NCBI GenBank assembly: GCA_016839805.1
Contig: JAEOTO010000002.1
Span: forward strand, 1-37,986
Length of the DNA stretch: 37,986 bases
Source of the DNA: Candidatus Hermodarchaeota archaeon
GTDB taxonomy: Archaea; Asgardarchaeota; Hermodarchaeia; Hermodarchaeales; Hermodarchaeaceae
Direction: 5' to 3'
A program made the translations under genes and the position numbers. The notes beneath the pieces were generated by a model. The model was not told where the DNA came from. It ran no database searches and saw only the letters and a program-made list of their open reading frames with translations. This document shows, one piece after another, positions 36,950-37,986 of the stretch (its first letter is position 1; each line of letters starts with the position of its first letter).

Positions 36950-37986
36950 GTGATAGTTGAAGATTACTCCCAGTTTGGTGCAACCGAGCGAACTGCTGGA
37001 GCACTACGCAATATTTTGGATTATGAAGGCGTTGTAGCACCACATAGTGGCAAACCGTTTACAGAAGCTTTGCTCATGGGCATTGGCGGCGGATTGGGTG
37101 CTGAATATGCGACCTGGGCCTTTAGAGGAATTGATCCATCACGCCCCCGGAAGAGCCAACTCTATCTCCGCTATCATCATGTCAAGAATTACATCGAGAA
37201 AAAAGAAGAGACACTATTACGTAAAATAGCTACTAGGATTGGTGCTCCTCTCACGGTGAAAGAAACAACGAGTCGGGAACGGGCAGACCAATTTCTCCAC
37301 CAATCACTCCAAGCAGGCAACCCAGTGATGGTCCAACTTTCCATTTGGCATTCGATTTATTCCCGTCAAGAAGTGAATGACCGCTACCATAATAACCGTG
37401 AATTCTATCCACCACTGCTATATGATGAATATGTCTCGTTTCTTCCTTACTATTCACTCCCTTATCCATGGATCTCAGGACATTTTGCTACCGTTTACGG
37501 AATTGACGAGGACAGCAATCAAGTCTTCCTAACCGACTATAGTAACCGACCTCACACCCTCAGTCTCCACCAATTCACCGATTCACGGAGTATTATTAAA
37601 GGTTGGAAAAATGCCGCATATACCATTACGGTCCCACAAACGAAACCAGATCTAGTGAAAGCTATCCGTCTTGGTATCCATGACTGCACTGAGAGCCTTC
37701 TTCATGAAAAAGCTGTCATCTCTGGTGCACACCTTCGTGTTGAAGCTTGGAAGGACATGGCAACCAGGATTGGTGATCTCAATGGAAAACGCGGATGGCT
37801 CGCTCTCTTCAACGAACCCTGGCAACTTTACAATACTCTCACTCGTCTCCATGCTCAAATCGCCTTCCATAATAGTGACGGCGGCGCACTCCGCTCCTCC
37901 TACGCTGATTTCTTAGAGGAAGCAAGCAATATCCTGAAGAAACCCACTCTCAAACAAATAGCCCACCAGTTCTCCGATATCGGCAT
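36950..37986 (+). CDS. BtrH N-terminal/DUF4872-like protein (3' truncated by the window edge)
   Basis: Not in the ORF track. GTG at 36950 after GGAG: MIVEDYSQFGATERTAGALRNILDYEGVVAPHSGKPFTEALLMGIGGGLGAEY...GHFATVYGIDE...DGGALRSSYADFLEEA; no stop seen before the edge. Confidence 0.8.
   Translation, partial: MIVEDYSQFGATERTAGALRNILDYEGVVAPHSGKPFTEALLMGIGGGLGAEYATWAFRGIDPSRPRKSQLYLRYHHVKNYIEKKEETLLRKIATRIGAPLTVKETTSRERADQFLHQSLQAGNPVMVQLSIWHSIYSRQEVNDRYHNNREFYPPLLYDEYVSFLPYYSLPYPWISGHFATVYGIDEDSNQVFLTDYSNRPHTLSLHQFTDSRSIIKGWKNAAYTITVPQTKPDLVKAIRLGIHDCTESLLHEKAVISGAHLRVEAWKDMATRIGDLNGKRGWLALFNEPWQLYNTLTRLHAQIAFHNSDGGALRSSYADFLEEASNILKKPTLKQIAHQFSDIG

Noticed and set aside
37047-37916. Four short ORFs at the right end
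   Set aside because: They are alternate-frame or antisense shadows of the BtrH-like CDS that starts at 36950.
1-37986. Genome-wide amber (TAG) reassignment
   Set aside because: TAG ends the ABC-2 permease, the ABC ATPase, cdhE, the 12470 gene, the first M20 and dppB at expected family C-termini; only one internal TAG was found.
1-37986. CRISPR arrays, tRNA or rRNA genes, transposases, integrases
   Set aside because: No regularly spaced repeats, cloverleaf or transposase/recombinase motifs were seen by eye; a covariance-model scan would be needed to exclude small RNAs.

Overview
This is a gene-dense window, most likely from an anaerobic heterotrophic archaeon. The lineage is inferred from TATA-like promoters, GGTGA/GGAG ribosome-binding sites, cdhE, and a C-terminally anchored solute-binding protein rich in N-glycosylation sequons; Asgard- or Bathyarchaeia-like is plausible but unproven. 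In order, it carries: the 5' end of a radical SAM gene missed by the ORF track; tandem RimJ/RimL GNATs; a PadR-regulated DrrAB-type exporter whose ATPase has a Met/Gly-rich insert; a PfkB kinase; a nine-PAS protein with no output domain followed by an atypical CX5R phosphatase; an orphan cdhE; an AlkZ-like glycosylase; two M20 peptidases; an amber-interrupted EVE gene; a peptide ABC importer with a circularly permuted binding protein; APH-like and AadK-like enzymes; a class III aminotransferase; a deletion scar; a two-gene operon encoding an asymmetric four-ATPase UvrA fusion plus a prenyltransferase/squalene-cyclase-fold protein; then SLOG, PH-like, DUF3788 and BtrH-like genes. The best candidates for undescribed systems are the double-UvrA/toroid operon within a genotoxin/antibiotic-defence-like neighbourhood, the PAS-only sensor plus phosphatase pair, and a strong C-rich 3' codon gradient ending in a five-tetrad G-quadruplex motif. 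No rRNA, tRNA, CRISPR array or transposase was recognised. All family assignments are by-eye motif recognition, not database searches.
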